Assembly (NCBI GenBank): GCA_002238505.1
Contig: MPMM01000019.1
Span: 1,790-65,789, forward strand
Length of the DNA stretch: 64,000 nt
Direction: 5' to 3'
DNA from: SAR202 cluster bacterium bin22
GTDB lineage: Bacteria > Chloroflexota > Dehalococcoidia > Lucifugimonadales > UBA3495
Shown here one piece after another: positions 17,782-28,120 of this stretch. A model generated the notes under the pieces. That model did no database searches, was not told where the DNA came from, and was given only the letters and a program-made list of their open reading frames with translations. A program made the position numbers and the translations under genes. The first letter of the stretch is position 1. Each line of letters opens with the position of its first letter.

Positions 17782-19650
17782 ATGAAAACTGGAAGATTGC
17801 TCCGGCTGGTGGCGACTTGCATATCGCTGATGCTTCTGGCCACCGTAGCCGTTGGTTGTGGCAGTTCGGCCAACCCCACCCAGGCGCCGCCTCCTGCAGC
17901 CTCTGAACCTGCTGCAGCCGCAGCCCCCGCCGCGCCCGCCGCCGCTGAGCCGGCCGCGCCCGCCGCTGACCCGGCGCCGCCTGCCCCTTCTGGCCAGGAG
18001 ACGATGACTGAAGCTGAACCAACCGAGGCGCCGGCTGAATCCCAGGCGCCGGTTCCGGCAGCGGCGTCCGCGCAAGAAGGCAGCGTCACCGCCGAGCCCA
18101 CGGCCGTACCCGAACCCGCGGACTCCGTCCGAGTGCCCGAAGGCATTCTGACTGTGTCCGAGTTCGATTACGACACCGAGTCATGGCTGCCCTGGGAAGG
18201 CGTTACCCAGCGATTCTACTGGGAGCGGGTGATGGAAACCCTGCTGCTGCTGGATCCGGTAACCTGGGAGTTCAAGCCGGGCCTGGCCCAGGAGTGGTCG
18301 CTTTCCGATGACGGCCATACCGTCACCTATCATCTCCAGGAAGGCGTACAGTTCCACGGAGGCTATGGTGAGTTCACCGCCTCCGACGCCGCGTACAGCC
18401 TCGACCAGTGGCTGTACAACGAAGAGTCCACCCACCCGTCGGTGGCCGCCCAGTTGCAGGCCGCACCCGAGGTACGGGCGCTGGACACCTACACGGTACA
18501 GGTGGAATACACCAAGAACCCCTTCCTGACTGCCTTCATGGACCTTTCCTCCGGCAATAACGGAACGGGCATGATGTCCCGCGACTTTGTTGACGAAGTT
18601 GGCCTGGACGGCGCCCGCCGCGAGGCCATTGGCACCGGCCCCTACGAATTCGTGGAACACAAACTGGGCGAGTCCATGGAGGTCGAGGCCACCGAAGACC
18701 GGCACTGGCGCATAGTTCCCCAGTGGAAGACTATAAAGTTCCGGATTACACCCGAAGCTTCAACCCGCCTGGCCCAGGTTTTGACCGGTGAGGTGGATAT
18801 CGCCCTGCTGCCCGGGTCCTTCAAGCGGCAGGCGGAAGCGGCCGATGTCCGCACCATCCTCAACCCCGGTGTTGCGGGAGTATTCATCGTGCCCGTGGTT
18901 TACATTCCAGGCACCACCGGCATAGACGCGCCCGACCCCAACAACCCCAACGCCGACCCCACTTTCCGGGAAGCCTTGAGCCTCGCCATTAACCGGCAGG
19001 AACTGGCCGACGTTGTCTTCGCAGGCGGCGCCGTGCCCACCGGCATAACCGACCTGTCTCCCATTTCGCTGGGCTACGACGCCCGATGGGAAGAGCCCGA
19101 CCCCTATGACCTGGAGCGCGCAAAGCAGTTGCTGGAGGAGTCGGGCAAGGCTGGCTTGACCTTCGAGTTCCAGCAGCGGCCCCTGGGCGGTATCCCTGAA
19201 GGACCCCAGCTGGCCGAAGCCATTGCCGGCATGTGGGAAGCCGCGGGCCTGGACGTGGAGTTGAAGCTGAACCTGCAGGGCAGCGCTCACTCAGCCATGC
19301 GCAGAGCCAGGGAACTGGAAGGCAAAATCTGGCTGATGCGCCTGGGCCACCTGACCGACACTACCAGGCGGCTGATCTCCCAGTATCGCTGCACGGCGGA
19401 GCGTACAGCCCTATTTGCCTGCAATACGGAACTGGAAGCCCTTACGCCGCAGATCCAGGCCTCAACCAACCTGGAGGAAAAGGATAAGCTCATTCGCGAA
19501 GCCTACGGGATACTCCTGGACGAGCGCACGGTTATACCCGTTGTCCAGACCGCCAGCCTCTACGCCATCGGGCCTAGGGTTGGCAGTTGGTCTCCCCGGC
19601 TGGGCGAGCGCTTCACCACTGAACTGGAAAGCGTAGGACACGCCAACTAG
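17782..19650 (+). CDS. Family 5 ABC substrate-binding lipoprotein
   Basis: Lipobox AVGC, Ala/Pro linker, PGLAQEW, GVQFHGG, IGTGPY and REALSLAINR. Confidence 0.9.
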   Translation: MKTGRLLRLVATCISLMLLATVAVGCGSSANPTQAPPPAASEPAAAAAPAAPAAAEPAAPAADPAPPAPSGQETMTEAEPTEAPAESQAPVPAAASAQEGSVTAEPTAVPEPADSVRVPEGILTVSEFDYDTESWLPWEGVTQRFYWERVMETLLLLDPVTWEFKPGLAQEWSLSDDGHTVTYHLQEGVQFHGGYGEFTASDAAYSLDQWLYNEESTHPSVAAQLQAAPEVRALDTYTVQVEYTKNPFLTAFMDLSSGNNGTGMMSRDFVDEVGLDGARREAIGTGPYEFVEHKLGESMEVEATEDRHWRIVPQWKTIKFRITPEASTRLAQVLTGEVDIALLPGSFKRQAEAADVRTILNPGVAGVFIVPVVYIPGTTGIDAPDPNNPNADPTFREALSLAINRQELADVVFAGGAVPTGITDLSPISLGYDARWEEPDPYDLERAKQLLEESGKAGLTFEFQQRPLGGIPEGPQLAEAIAGMWEAAGLDVELKLNLQGSAHSAMRRARELEGKIWLMRLGHLTDTTRRLISQYRCTAERTALFACNTELEALTPQIQASTNLEEKDKLIREAYGILLDERTVIPVVQTASLYAIGPRVGSWSPRLGERFTTELESVGHAN

Positions 19651-19667
19651 AGCAGATCTCAATTGAC

Positions 19668-19722
19668 CCTCTGCGCCCCTGTCCGGAGTTCAGGCTCCGC
19701 CACAGGGACGCGGAGGCGTTTT
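19668..19722 (+). terminator. Intra-operon hairpin after the SBP gene (partial terminator or mRNA stabiliser)
   Basis: CCTCTGCGCCCCTGT...ACAGGGACGCGGAGG followed by CGTTTT. Confidence 0.5.
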
Positions 19723-19744
19723 CTCCCCAAGGATGCAGTCCTGA

Positions 19745-20662
19745 ATGCGTAGATACATACTGGCCCGCTTCGTCCAGGCTCTGGTAAGCATGTTTGCCCT
19801 CAGCCTGATTGTCTTCTTCCTGGCCCGCCTGACCGGCGACCCCAGGGATGTGCTGCTGGGTGACGACTACTCCCAGGAGCAGTGGGACAAAATGGGCGAA
19901 CTGTGGAGCCTGGACGAACCCATCTACGTCCAGTACGCCATTTTCCTCAGGAACGCGAGCACGGGCAACTTCGGCGAGTCCATATTCTGGAAAGAACCGG
20001 CGGTGGAAATGCTGGCCCGGCGCATTCCGGCCACGGTCCAGTTGACCATTACCGCCTTGTCTCTGAGCGTAATCATAGCAATACCCATGGGGGTGCTGTC
20101 CGCCGTCAAGAGGGACACCTGGATAGACTACGCGGGCAAGACCATCGCCATGCTGGGTCAGTCAGTGCCTGCCTTCTGGCTGGGCATCATTCTCATCTGG
20201 GTATTTGCCGTTTCCTGGAGCCTGCTGCCCACTTCCGGCCGTGACGGACCCCTCCACTATGTGCTGCCTTCGGTCACCCTGGGTTGGTTCACCGTGGCCG
20301 GCATCATGCGGATTACCCGCTCGGCCATGCTGGATGTGCTGGACAGTGAATACATCAAGCTCGCCCGCGTTAAGGGCGTCCCGGAGAACGTAGTCATCTG
20401 GAACCACGCCCTGCGCAACGCGGCCATTCCAGTGGTAACTTTCCTGGGGCTAATCCTGGGCAACTTCCTGACCGGATTCGTGGTGGTTGAGACCATCTTT
20501 TCGTGGCCGGGAGTTGGCCTGCTGGCCATCCGAGGCATTCAGTCCAACGACTTTGCCATAATCCAGACGGTAGTGATGTTTGGCGGCCTGCTGTTCATCA
20601 CCATCAACTTCCTGGTGGACATCTTTTACGGGTACCTCGACCCGCGGATACGCTACGAATGA
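19745..20662 (+). CDS. Dpp/Opp ABC permease (DppB-like)
   Basis: GDP, QSVPAFWLG, RSAMLDVLDSEYIKLARVKG and LDPRIRY. Confidence 0.92.
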   Translation: MRRYILARFVQALVSMFALSLIVFFLARLTGDPRDVLLGDDYSQEQWDKMGELWSLDEPIYVQYAIFLRNASTGNFGESIFWKEPAVEMLARRIPATVQLTITALSLSVIIAIPMGVLSAVKRDTWIDYAGKTIAMLGQSVPAFWLGIILIWVFAVSWSLLPTSGRDGPLHYVLPSVTLGWFTVAGIMRITRSAMLDVLDSEYIKLARVKGVPENVVIWNHALRNAAIPVVTFLGLILGNFLTGFVVVETIFSWPGVGLLAIRGIQSNDFAIIQTVVMFGGLLFITINFLVDIFYGYLDPRIRYE

Positions 20663-20710
20663 CCACACCGACACTCGCTCTCTGGCACGTAACCCGATCC
20701 AGCGCTGCGG

Positions 20711-21610
20711 ATGAGAACATTGGCTGACACGGGAACCACCACTCGACTGGTCAGGGCCCGCCAGGTCGGCGGGTTATGGCGTCTGTTCCGAAAGGCTCCC
20801 CTGATACCGGCAGTAATACTGCTCGCGGTGGTTATATCCGCCGTTTTCGCTCGTTTCCTGGCCCCCGAGGCGCCAACTTTCGGTAATCTGTCCGATGCCT
20901 TCATACCCCCGGCCTGGGTGGAAGGAGGAAGCTCGGCTCACCTGCTGGGCACCGACAGCCTGGGTCGCGACGTTTACAGTCGCATCGTTTACGGGGCACG
21001 GGTCTCGCTGATCGTGTCCATCTTCGCCATATTCATCGCCGGCAGCATCGGAACCGTAATGGGCCTGGCTTCCGGCTACTTTGGTGGCCGCGTGGACGGG
21101 GTGATAATGCGTCTCGTGGACATTGCCCTGGCCCTGCCAACCATCCTGATGGCCCTGGTGCTGGTGGCGGTCCTGCAGCCCGGCGTCGCCACTGTAATAA
21201 TCGTCATCGGCTGCCTCAATTGGGCCAACTACGCCCGCCAGATCCGGGGCGAGGTACTGTCCGTCAAGGAGCGGGACTTCGTAATCCTGGCTCGCTCCAT
21301 AGGGTCATCTCCGGCACGAATCATGTCCCGCCACATCCTGCCCAACGTTTTCAACACCATCATAGTTCTTGCCACGCTCCAGGTGGGTTCCGTAATTCTG
21401 CTGGAAGCAACCCTGAGCTTCCTGGGGCTGGGCGTGCCGCCACCCGAACCTTCCTGGGGACAGATGGTAGCGGAAGGACGCGGCTTCATCGTGGTAGCCT
21501 GGTGGATGGCCCTCTTCCCCGGCGTGGCGATTATGCTCACCGTCCTTTCAATGAACCTGATGGGAGACTGGCTCAGGGACTTGCTGGACCCCCGTCTCAG
21601 ACAAATCTAG
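20711..21610 (+). CDS. Dpp/Opp ABC permease (DppC-like)
   Basis: HLLGTDSLGRD, RHILPN, LSFLGLGVPPPEPSWG and LDPR. Confidence 0.92.
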   Translation: MRTLADTGTTTRLVRARQVGGLWRLFRKAPLIPAVILLAVVISAVFARFLAPEAPTFGNLSDAFIPPAWVEGGSSAHLLGTDSLGRDVYSRIVYGARVSLIVSIFAIFIAGSIGTVMGLASGYFGGRVDGVIMRLVDIALALPTILMALVLVAVLQPGVATVIIVIGCLNWANYARQIRGEVLSVKERDFVILARSIGSSPARIMSRHILPNVFNTIIVLATLQVGSVILLEATLSFLGLGVPPPEPSWGQMVAEGRGFIVVAWWMALFPGVAIMLTVLSMNLMGDWLRDLLDPRLRQI

Positions 21611-21713
21611 AACCTTTGGCGTATGCCCAACGGTTGCCGCGCGCCCCGGGCCCGCGCCTTTTGGTATATTATCCAGGCCCAATCCAAAATCCGGAAAATA
21701 ACGGAGCGTCCTT

Positions 21714-22724
21714 ATGGCCCAGTCTCAACCAGCCCGCATTGATTCTCATGCCCACATTGTGCCCCCTTCGCTGATCGACGAGGCCCGAAAGTCCGGAGGC
21801 TCTCTGGGAGTGTCCGTGGAAGACACCGACCGGGGCCCCGCCCTGCAGTTCGATGGCCTGGTCCACCTCCGGCCCGTCGGCGGCTTGGCCCGCCTGGAAC
21901 CCCGGCTGGAATGGCTGGATCAACAGGGCCTGGGCATGCAGATTATCGGTTCCTGGCTGGACATCCAGGGCTACACCCTTCCCGCCGACCATGCCGCCAC
22001 CTGGGCGCGCCTGTTTAACGAGCATTTGTCGGGATTAGTTCAGGCCAATCCGGACAGATTTGCCGCCCTGGCCACCGTACCGGTACAGGACGGAACCCTG
22101 GCAGCCCGCGAACTGGAGTACGCCGTAAAGGAACTGGGGATGCTGGGGGCAATGCTGGCCACCGACCCGATGGAGCAGGACCTGGCCAAGGACACCTTCG
22201 AACCCTTCTGGGACGCGGCCGAGGAACTGGGCGTTCCCCTGGTCATGCATCCGCCCACCCACGGCTTCGGCGCCAGTATCCGGCCATCTTACTTGGCCTT
22301 TTCGCTGGGCCGCACCCTGGACACCACCATCACCATGGCCAAGCTGATCCTCGGAGGCCTCCTGGACCGGCACCCCAACCTGCGAATGATGCTGGTTCAC
22401 GGCGGCGGCTACCTTCCCTACCAGGCCGCCCGCATTGACAATGGCTACCGCAGCGGCGCCGGACGCCCCGTGGACCTGCAACGCGACAAGCCCTCCGACT
22501 ACCTACCCCTGCTGTATTACGACAACGTTGGCGTGTCGGCCCCTGCCGTCCGCATGATGCACGATATTGCCGGTACCGAACACCTGCTGCTGGGCTCCGA
22601 TTACGTCTTCGCCGGCTCGCAATCCTCCATATCAGCAAACATCGAGGAAGCCGGCTTCTCCACGGAGCAGGTGGACCTGATCAGTTGCGGCAACGCCAGA
22701 AAGCTCTTCTGGAACGAAGGCTAG
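21714..22724 (+). CDS. Amidohydrolase-2 family protein (ACMSD/decarboxylase-hydratase-like)
   Basis: IDSHAH, PDRFAALATVP, MHP, HGGGYLP and LLGSDY. Confidence 0.88.
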   Translation: MAQSQPARIDSHAHIVPPSLIDEARKSGGSLGVSVEDTDRGPALQFDGLVHLRPVGGLARLEPRLEWLDQQGLGMQIIGSWLDIQGYTLPADHAATWARLFNEHLSGLVQANPDRFAALATVPVQDGTLAARELEYAVKELGMLGAMLATDPMEQDLAKDTFEPFWDAAEELGVPLVMHPPTHGFGASIRPSYLAFSLGRTLDTTITMAKLILGGLLDRHPNLRMMLVHGGGYLPYQAARIDNGYRSGAGRPVDLQRDKPSDYLPLLYYDNVGVSAPAVRMMHDIAGTEHLLLGSDYVFAGSQSSISANIEEAGFSTEQVDLISCGNARKLFWNEG

Positions 22725-22794
22725 TACGGGCCCGACGGCCACGAGCGGTGCAGGACGCCATCCCCGACGGCAGGGTCTAAGAATCCAACTTTTC

Positions 22795-22919
22795 TTGAAG
22801 CGATTTCAAAATCCCTTCCCACTTGACGGGGGAAGGTCAGGATGGGGGTGACCCATTGCGGAAGTCGCTTGTCCATTGGCATCCGACGAAGCGGCGGCCC
22901 ATTTCTGAAACAGCTGCTA
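22795..22919. repeat. About 125-bp element with CCCTTCCC...GGGGGAAGGTCAGGATGGGGGTGA core and degenerate inverted ends
   Basis: The same core occurs at about 30096, 48498 and 54959. The ends TTGAAGCGATTTCAAAA and TTCTGAAACAGCTGCTA are partly complementary, and the right end overlaps the stop of the convergent gene. Confidence 0.6.
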
Positions 22920-23735
22920 AGTCCCGATTCGCACCGGATCTACCGCGTCGCGCACCGAACGGATAATGGACAGGGCGGTCAGTCGGCCGGTCTTGGGGTT
23001 TTCCGAGGGTATGTTTTCAATATGCACCCTCAGCAGACCGAACTCACCCTCCACCGTAATGTCGTGGCAGTTGCGGCTCAGCGACGGGTCTGCGACTATC
23101 CGGACCATTGTCCGGTCAGGGCCTATGCCCGCCAGGCTTACCGCCGCAGACACGTTCAGGTTCGACGGAAACCCGCGCACCGCCTCCCTGGCAGGGCCGA
23201 AAAACACTTCCTGCGCTTCGGTAAACCGGGCGACCGGAATCTCGTTCTCCACCAGGTAGGGGGCTCCTTCCAGGGCTTCAACCGGTTTGCGGGAGACCAT
23301 TTCCACCCGGTCCACCCGCCCCTGGCAGGCAGACTTTATCCCGTCCAGGCCCGCTATGGCTCCCGAGGGGGCGTAGAGACGGCAACCCGTTGCCCGGGCC
23401 TTCTCCATAATTTCCGGATACTCCAACAGCGCCCCAATGCTTATGACCATCAGGTCTTTCCCCGCCCCAAAGGCCGCCTCGGCCAAAGCGGGGACCACAT
23501 GCCCGCCCGCTGTTTCCACCAGCAGCGATGAGCGTTCCACCAGTTCCGGCAACTCCAGGTATGGCGGCGCTACATCAAGAGTGGACAGAAACTCCCGCGC
23601 GGTGGAGGATGTCCGGCTGGTGACACCGGCGACCGGTACCCCCAGGTCTCCCGTGTCCCCCGCCCGGATCAGGGCCCGCCCAATAGCCCCGCAACCTACA
23701 ATTCCTACAGCATCAGTCCCTGCGGCATTAGTCAT
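22917..23735 (-). CDS. L-aspartate dehydrogenase-like (NadX/DUF108) oxidoreductase
   Basis: GIVGCGAIG, PSGAIAGLD, GFPSNLNVSAAVSLAG, NCHDITVEGEFG and NPKTGRLTALS. No nadA or nadC nearby. Confidence 0.85.
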   Translation of the reverse strand: MTNAAGTDAVGIVGCGAIGRALIRAGDTGDLGVPVAGVTSRTSSTAREFLSTLDVAPPYLELPELVERSSLLVETAGGHVVPALAEAAFGAGKDLMVISIGALLEYPEIMEKARATGCRLYAPSGAIAGLDGIKSACQGRVDRVEMVSRKPVEALEGAPYLVENEIPVARFTEAQEVFFGPAREAVRGFPSNLNVSAAVSLAGIGPDRTMVRIVADPSLSRNCHDITVEGEFGLLRVHIENIPSENPKTGRLTALSIIRSVRDAVDPVRIGT

Positions 23736-24010
23736 CGGTCTGCCTCCGCCCCAACTCTACCACAATGACAGTGCGAACTTCCCTGCGGTACCGACCCTGC
23801 TCCCCCTGCGCCATGATCCCTCTCGGTTTGGCAGCGTTTCGCATCCGGCGGTTCGGCAGGAAAACTGGCAGGGGCAGGCCTGCTTGTCCGCCCTTGTATC
23901 ATGGCAATACTGCCTGAATCGGAACCCTGCCTACCGGTCTTGCCTGTTCGACAAGACAAGCGGCGAGGTGGCATAATAGGCCTACTCAAGGTGTACTAAA
24001 GGAGTTGAAC

Positions 24011-24568
24011 ATGTCAGCCAGAGTCAATGGATTGGGTCACGTCGGTTTTTACGTTAAGGACATTGAGGTCATGAAGGAATTCTACGGGAACTTCATGGGC
24101 ATGAAACTTACCAAGGTCGGCCCGCTGGGAGCTTTCTTCAGCGCAGATCCGGAGGGCGTTGACCACGAAATCGCCCTAATCAACGGCCGCCAGTCCATGG
24201 AAGATCCCCAGTGGATCCAGCAGATTTCCATGCGCGTGGACTCCCTCGACGACCTGCGCGATTTCAAGCGCCGCATCCTCGAGCGCGGCTATCAGCTTGA
24301 CCGCATCGTCACCCACGCCAGCGCCATCGGCTGCTATTTCCGCGACCCCGAAAACAACCCCACCGAGGTGTTCTGGCTCACCGGATACACTTCCTGGGCC
24401 CAGATCGGCATTCCCATCGACATCGACCAGTCCGACGAGCAGGTAATGGAAGATATTCGCCGGTCCTACGATGTCGCCAAGGACGTGGAAATGGGCAAGA
24501 CTCCCACCCCGGAAACGGCCCAGGCCATCCGCGACCTCGGCGCCTCCGTCATGGCCGGAAGCCGCTAA
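24011..24568 (+). CDS. VOC/glyoxalase-family protein
   Basis: LGHVGFYVKD, DHEIAL and YFRDPENNPTEV; GGAG RBS. Confidence 0.85.
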   Translation: MSARVNGLGHVGFYVKDIEVMKEFYGNFMGMKLTKVGPLGAFFSADPEGVDHEIALINGRQSMEDPQWIQQISMRVDSLDDLRDFKRRILERGYQLDRIVTHASAIGCYFRDPENNPTEVFWLTGYTSWAQIGIPIDIDQSDEQVMEDIRRSYDVAKDVEMGKTPTPETAQAIRDLGASVMAGSR

Positions 24569-24625
24569 CCCGCCAACATCGGGTTCATCGCCGTCCCTCC
24601 TGAACGCAGGGACAGGATAATAAAC

Positions 24626-24653
24626 TCAGGGGCGCACGGCCGTGCGCCCCTGA
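24626..24653. repeat. REP-like palindrome
   Basis: Perfect palindrome TCAGGGGCGCACGGCCGTGCGCCCCTGA. The same core occurs at 27833. Confidence 0.8.
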
Positions 24654-24743
24654 TGCTTTTACCCCATAGCAGGCAATCACCAGTATCTACCCCAATAATT
24701 CCGGACTACGCAGGGGCAGACCTGCGTTTCTGGCCTTCGGCGG

Positions 24744-26033
24744 TTAAACCAGTACCCTGCCAGCCCTGACCCTCCTCCGGTTGGCAAATCCGGCGCACCA
24801 CATAAGGAATATCGAAACTACAGTCAGGCCGGCCGAAATCAGGAAGGCTGTAAAATAGTCTCCCTGCAAGTCAAACAGCAAGCCCGCCAGGACCGGGCCG
24901 GTGCCGATTCCAATGCCCCGGCCGGCCTCCAGCACGCCCATTACCGTACCCAGCATCCGAGGCGGGTAAATGTCAGCGGCCTTGGCTCCCAGCAGCAGGC
25001 CCCCGACCCCTTCGCTCAGACCGGACAGCGCCACAAAGGTCACCAGGACCCACCACACACCTCCGGAACTGAAGAACAGGACAATTAACACTCCGGCCAC
25101 GGTGAGGCTCATCCCCAGCGTGTAAATGACCTCCCGCCCAAAGATGTCCGACAGCAGGCCAATGGCCGGGCGCGCGCCGATGCCCATCAGTCCTGCTATC
25201 CCTATGGCGAAAGCTGCCTGCAACTCTCCGTAACCCGTCAGGAACAGGAAGGCCAGCATATGTACCAGGGTCATCTGGTTGCCGATGGCCCCCACCGCCC
25301 GCGCCGCGCACAGGCACCACACCGCCGGTTCCCTCATGGTCTCCGATATTTGAGACCTGGTTTGAACCTCTTCCCCTGCTCCGGCGTCCGCAACTGTGCC
25401 GACCTCTTCCACAGGCTCGGCAGCATCCGCATCCGTTTCCCCATGCCCGGCGGGCGGGCGTTTCTGCAAAAGATTGGGAATAGCAACCAGCAGGAAGAAA
25501 GCCACGCCGAAAACCCGGTAGGCCCACTGCCATCCCCATGCGGATACGATCAGCTGGGCCAGCGGCACCACGATGGCCTGGCCCGTCGGGTTGCCAGCGT
25601 CTGCCGTTCCCAGCATGGCTCCCTTGGCCCGGGGGAACCAGGGCGCCAGTGTCGCCGTGGCGGAGAAAGAGGAAATGCCCACCTGGCCCAGGGTGGCGAT
25701 GACACTGTAAAAGATAAACAGTTGCCAAAGGTCGCTGGCGAAGCTGCTTGCCAGCCACCCCACCAGGATCAAACAGCCCGCAATGGGGAACAGGACCCGG
25801 GGGCCAAAACGGTCCAGGAAAATACCCAGGAAGGGAGCCATAAAGGCCCCGAACAGGCCCGAGGCGGAAAACACCGCCGCCGTAAGGGCCACACTGCTGC
25901 GGAAGTGGTCCCTCAGGGCTACCAGGAACACCGCCTGCACGTTCTTGGACCCGCCCTCCACAGTCAGGTTCGTGAAGGTCAGGGCAAAAATCACCCAGCC
26001 ATAGTGCAGCCTGCGCCTAATTGCGGTTACCAA
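24744..26033 (-). CDS. MFS transporter
   Basis: About 12 TM segments with YGWVI, GIFLDRFGPR and GLLSDIFGR. Confidence 0.88.
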   Translation of the reverse strand: MVTAIRRRLHYGWVIFALTFTNLTVEGGSKNVQAVFLVALRDHFRSSVALTAAVFSASGLFGAFMAPFLGIFLDRFGPRVLFPIAGCLILVGWLASSFASDLWQLFIFYSVIATLGQVGISSFSATATLAPWFPRAKGAMLGTADAGNPTGQAIVVPLAQLIVSAWGWQWAYRVFGVAFFLLVAIPNLLQKRPPAGHGETDADAAEPVEEVGTVADAGAGEEVQTRSQISETMREPAVWCLCAARAVGAIGNQMTLVHMLAFLFLTGYGELQAAFAIGIAGLMGIGARPAIGLLSDIFGREVIYTLGMSLTVAGVLIVLFFSSGGVWWVLVTFVALSGLSEGVGGLLLGAKAADIYPPRMLGTVMGVLEAGRGIGIGTGPVLAGLLFDLQGDYFTAFLISAGLTVVSIFLMWCAGFANRRRVRAGRVLV

Positions 26034-26439
26034 TTCTCACCATTTCTCAAATCCTGAAAAGCCGGGTCACAGCGCCGTAGTTCCGGAGAAAGCCGGCATT
26101 ACGGACCAGGGAGCGGGCTGTCTCTCCCGCTCTGAACACCTGCCAGCAACCCTTCGCCATTGCGACCCAAGTGCCCTTGAGGTAGACTCCCCATACTTTG
26201 CAGGTTGGATTCCCTTCTCCCTGTTTCCCTGGCGCCTCATTGCGGAATGGTATCCTTCCCGCATTGGAAACGGGGCTTACCGGCAATAAACTGGCATCGG
26301 ACCCCGGAGAATGAACCACATTATACGTGCAATCCAGGGAATTGACCGGATTTTGATCGTCCAATTACTCATCCAGCCACAAACGAACCCAGGTTATGCA
26401 CATTCCATACCAAGATAGCGAGCAATGGAGGACTAACCA

Positions 26440-27801
26440 ATGGCAAACGACAGCAGCATTACCCCGGAGCTGATCCATTACATCTCCGGCGCCCTTGACG
26501 CCGAACTGCCTCCCAACGTACTGGAAAAAGCCAAGCACCACATCCTCGACACCCTGGCAGCCATGGTCTCAGGCTCGGTCCTCAAGCCGGGGGTGCTGGC
26601 CAGGCAGTACATCGGTCAGCAGGGCGGTCCGGAAGAGGCCCAGGTAGTCGGCAGTTCCCGGGTCGTCTCCGCCGTCAACGCCGCCATCGCCAACGGAATG
26701 ATGGCCCACGCCGACGAAACGGACGACTCCAACGGTTCGGCCGGCATCCATCCCGGCTGCGCCATCCTGCCCGCCGCCATGGCCATGGGGGAGCGGGAAA
26801 ACGTCAACGGGTCGGACTTCATCAAGGCCGTAGTCCTGGGCTACGACATCGGCAGCCGCACCACCAAGGCCCTGGGACGGGAGGAAATGCGGGCGCGCAA
26901 CCACCTGCCCTTCAGCATCGGCGGCACCATCGGCGCCACCGTGGCGGCCGGTTGCCTGGCAAACCTGCAGGAAGAGCAGTACCGCGACCTGTTGTCCTAC
27001 GGCGCCCAGCAGGCCTCGGGCATCATGACCTACCCCCGCGACGTGGAACACATCGAAAAGGCTTTCATCTTCGGGGGAATGAACGCCCGCAACGGCGTTA
27101 TGGCTGCGGAGATGGTCCAGATGGGCTTCACCGGCGTGTACGACACCTTCGCCGGCGACGGCAACTTCCTGGTGGCCTACGCCGACAACCCACGGGGAGA
27201 GCAGCTTGTGTCCGAGCTGGGCAGCAGGTACGAGGTGATGCTGACCAACATCAAGAAGTTCTGCGTGGGCTTCCCCATCCAGTCACCTGCCGAGGGACTG
27301 CTCATGATTATGAACAAGCATGGCATCGGCGCCGCCGACGTGGAGAAGATTGTGGCCCGACTGCCCGAGGGTGGAGCCCACACCGTCAATGACCGGGAAA
27401 TGCCCGACATCAACCTTCAGTACATCTTCGCCATCGCCCTGCTGGACGGCCGGGTTTCCTTCGAGGCCGCCCATTCTGTGGAGCGAATGACGGACCCGGC
27501 CGTGATGGACCTGCGCTCTCGGGTTACGATCATTGGCGATCCGGAACTCAGCGGCGCCCAGCCCGATTACCAGGCCATAGTCGAGGTAACGACGAAGGAT
27601 GGCACAGTACACGAGGAGCGGGTTACCAGCTTCCGGGGCCGGGCGGAGAATCCCCTGTCCCGGGAAGAGGTGGGCGAAAAGGCTCTGGACTTGATTGAAC
27701 CGGTCCTGGGTCAATCCCAGTCGGCGGAGTTGATTGACGCCATCAACCGGCTGGAGACCCTGCCCAGCGTTCGTGAGTTGCGACCGCTGCTGTCAGTTTA
27801 G
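26440..27801 (+). CDS. MmgE/PrpD family protein
   Basis: AKHHILDTL, NGMMAHADETDD, IHPG and GRAENPLS; GGAGG RBS. Confidence 0.9.
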   Translation: MANDSSITPELIHYISGALDAELPPNVLEKAKHHILDTLAAMVSGSVLKPGVLARQYIGQQGGPEEAQVVGSSRVVSAVNAAIANGMMAHADETDDSNGSAGIHPGCAILPAAMAMGERENVNGSDFIKAVVLGYDIGSRTTKALGREEMRARNHLPFSIGGTIGATVAAGCLANLQEEQYRDLLSYGAQQASGIMTYPRDVEHIEKAFIFGGMNARNGVMAAEMVQMGFTGVYDTFAGDGNFLVAYADNPRGEQLVSELGSRYEVMLTNIKKFCVGFPIQSPAEGLLMIMNKHGIGAADVEKIVARLPEGGAHTVNDREMPDINLQYIFAIALLDGRVSFEAAHSVERMTDPAVMDLRSRVTIIGDPELSGAQPDYQAIVEVTTKDGTVHEERVTSFRGRAENPLSREEVGEKALDLIEPVLGQSQSAELIDAINRLETLPSVRELRPLLSV

Positions 27802-27832
27802 TCGGGAATTGCAAAAACAGGCCCGCAAAAAT

Positions 27833-27858
27833 GTAGGGGCGCACGGCCGTGCGCCCCT
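27833..27858. repeat. GTAG-type REP palindrome
   Basis: GTAGGGGCGCACGGCCGTGCGCCCCT. Confidence 0.8.
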
Positions 27859-28120
27859 GCGTCTTTTCACTCCATTCCTGACCCTGCCCGTTGCTGCGTC
27901 ACACCTGGTGCAGCGGGTGTCCACACACCACGGGCCGGCGGCGCATTGATGGGTGGACCTGGTCGGGTCTGGGCAAGTAACTCTCTTTGCCGGGGTAGGA
28001 ATACCCTGCGCGTCAGCCACGGATGTCAGGCTGTCCAACAGCATGAGAGTACTTATCCAGAGGTTCCGCAGACAGTTTCTAAACCACCGCCGGCTCAACC
28101 TTGTGGCAGGCGGTCAGGTG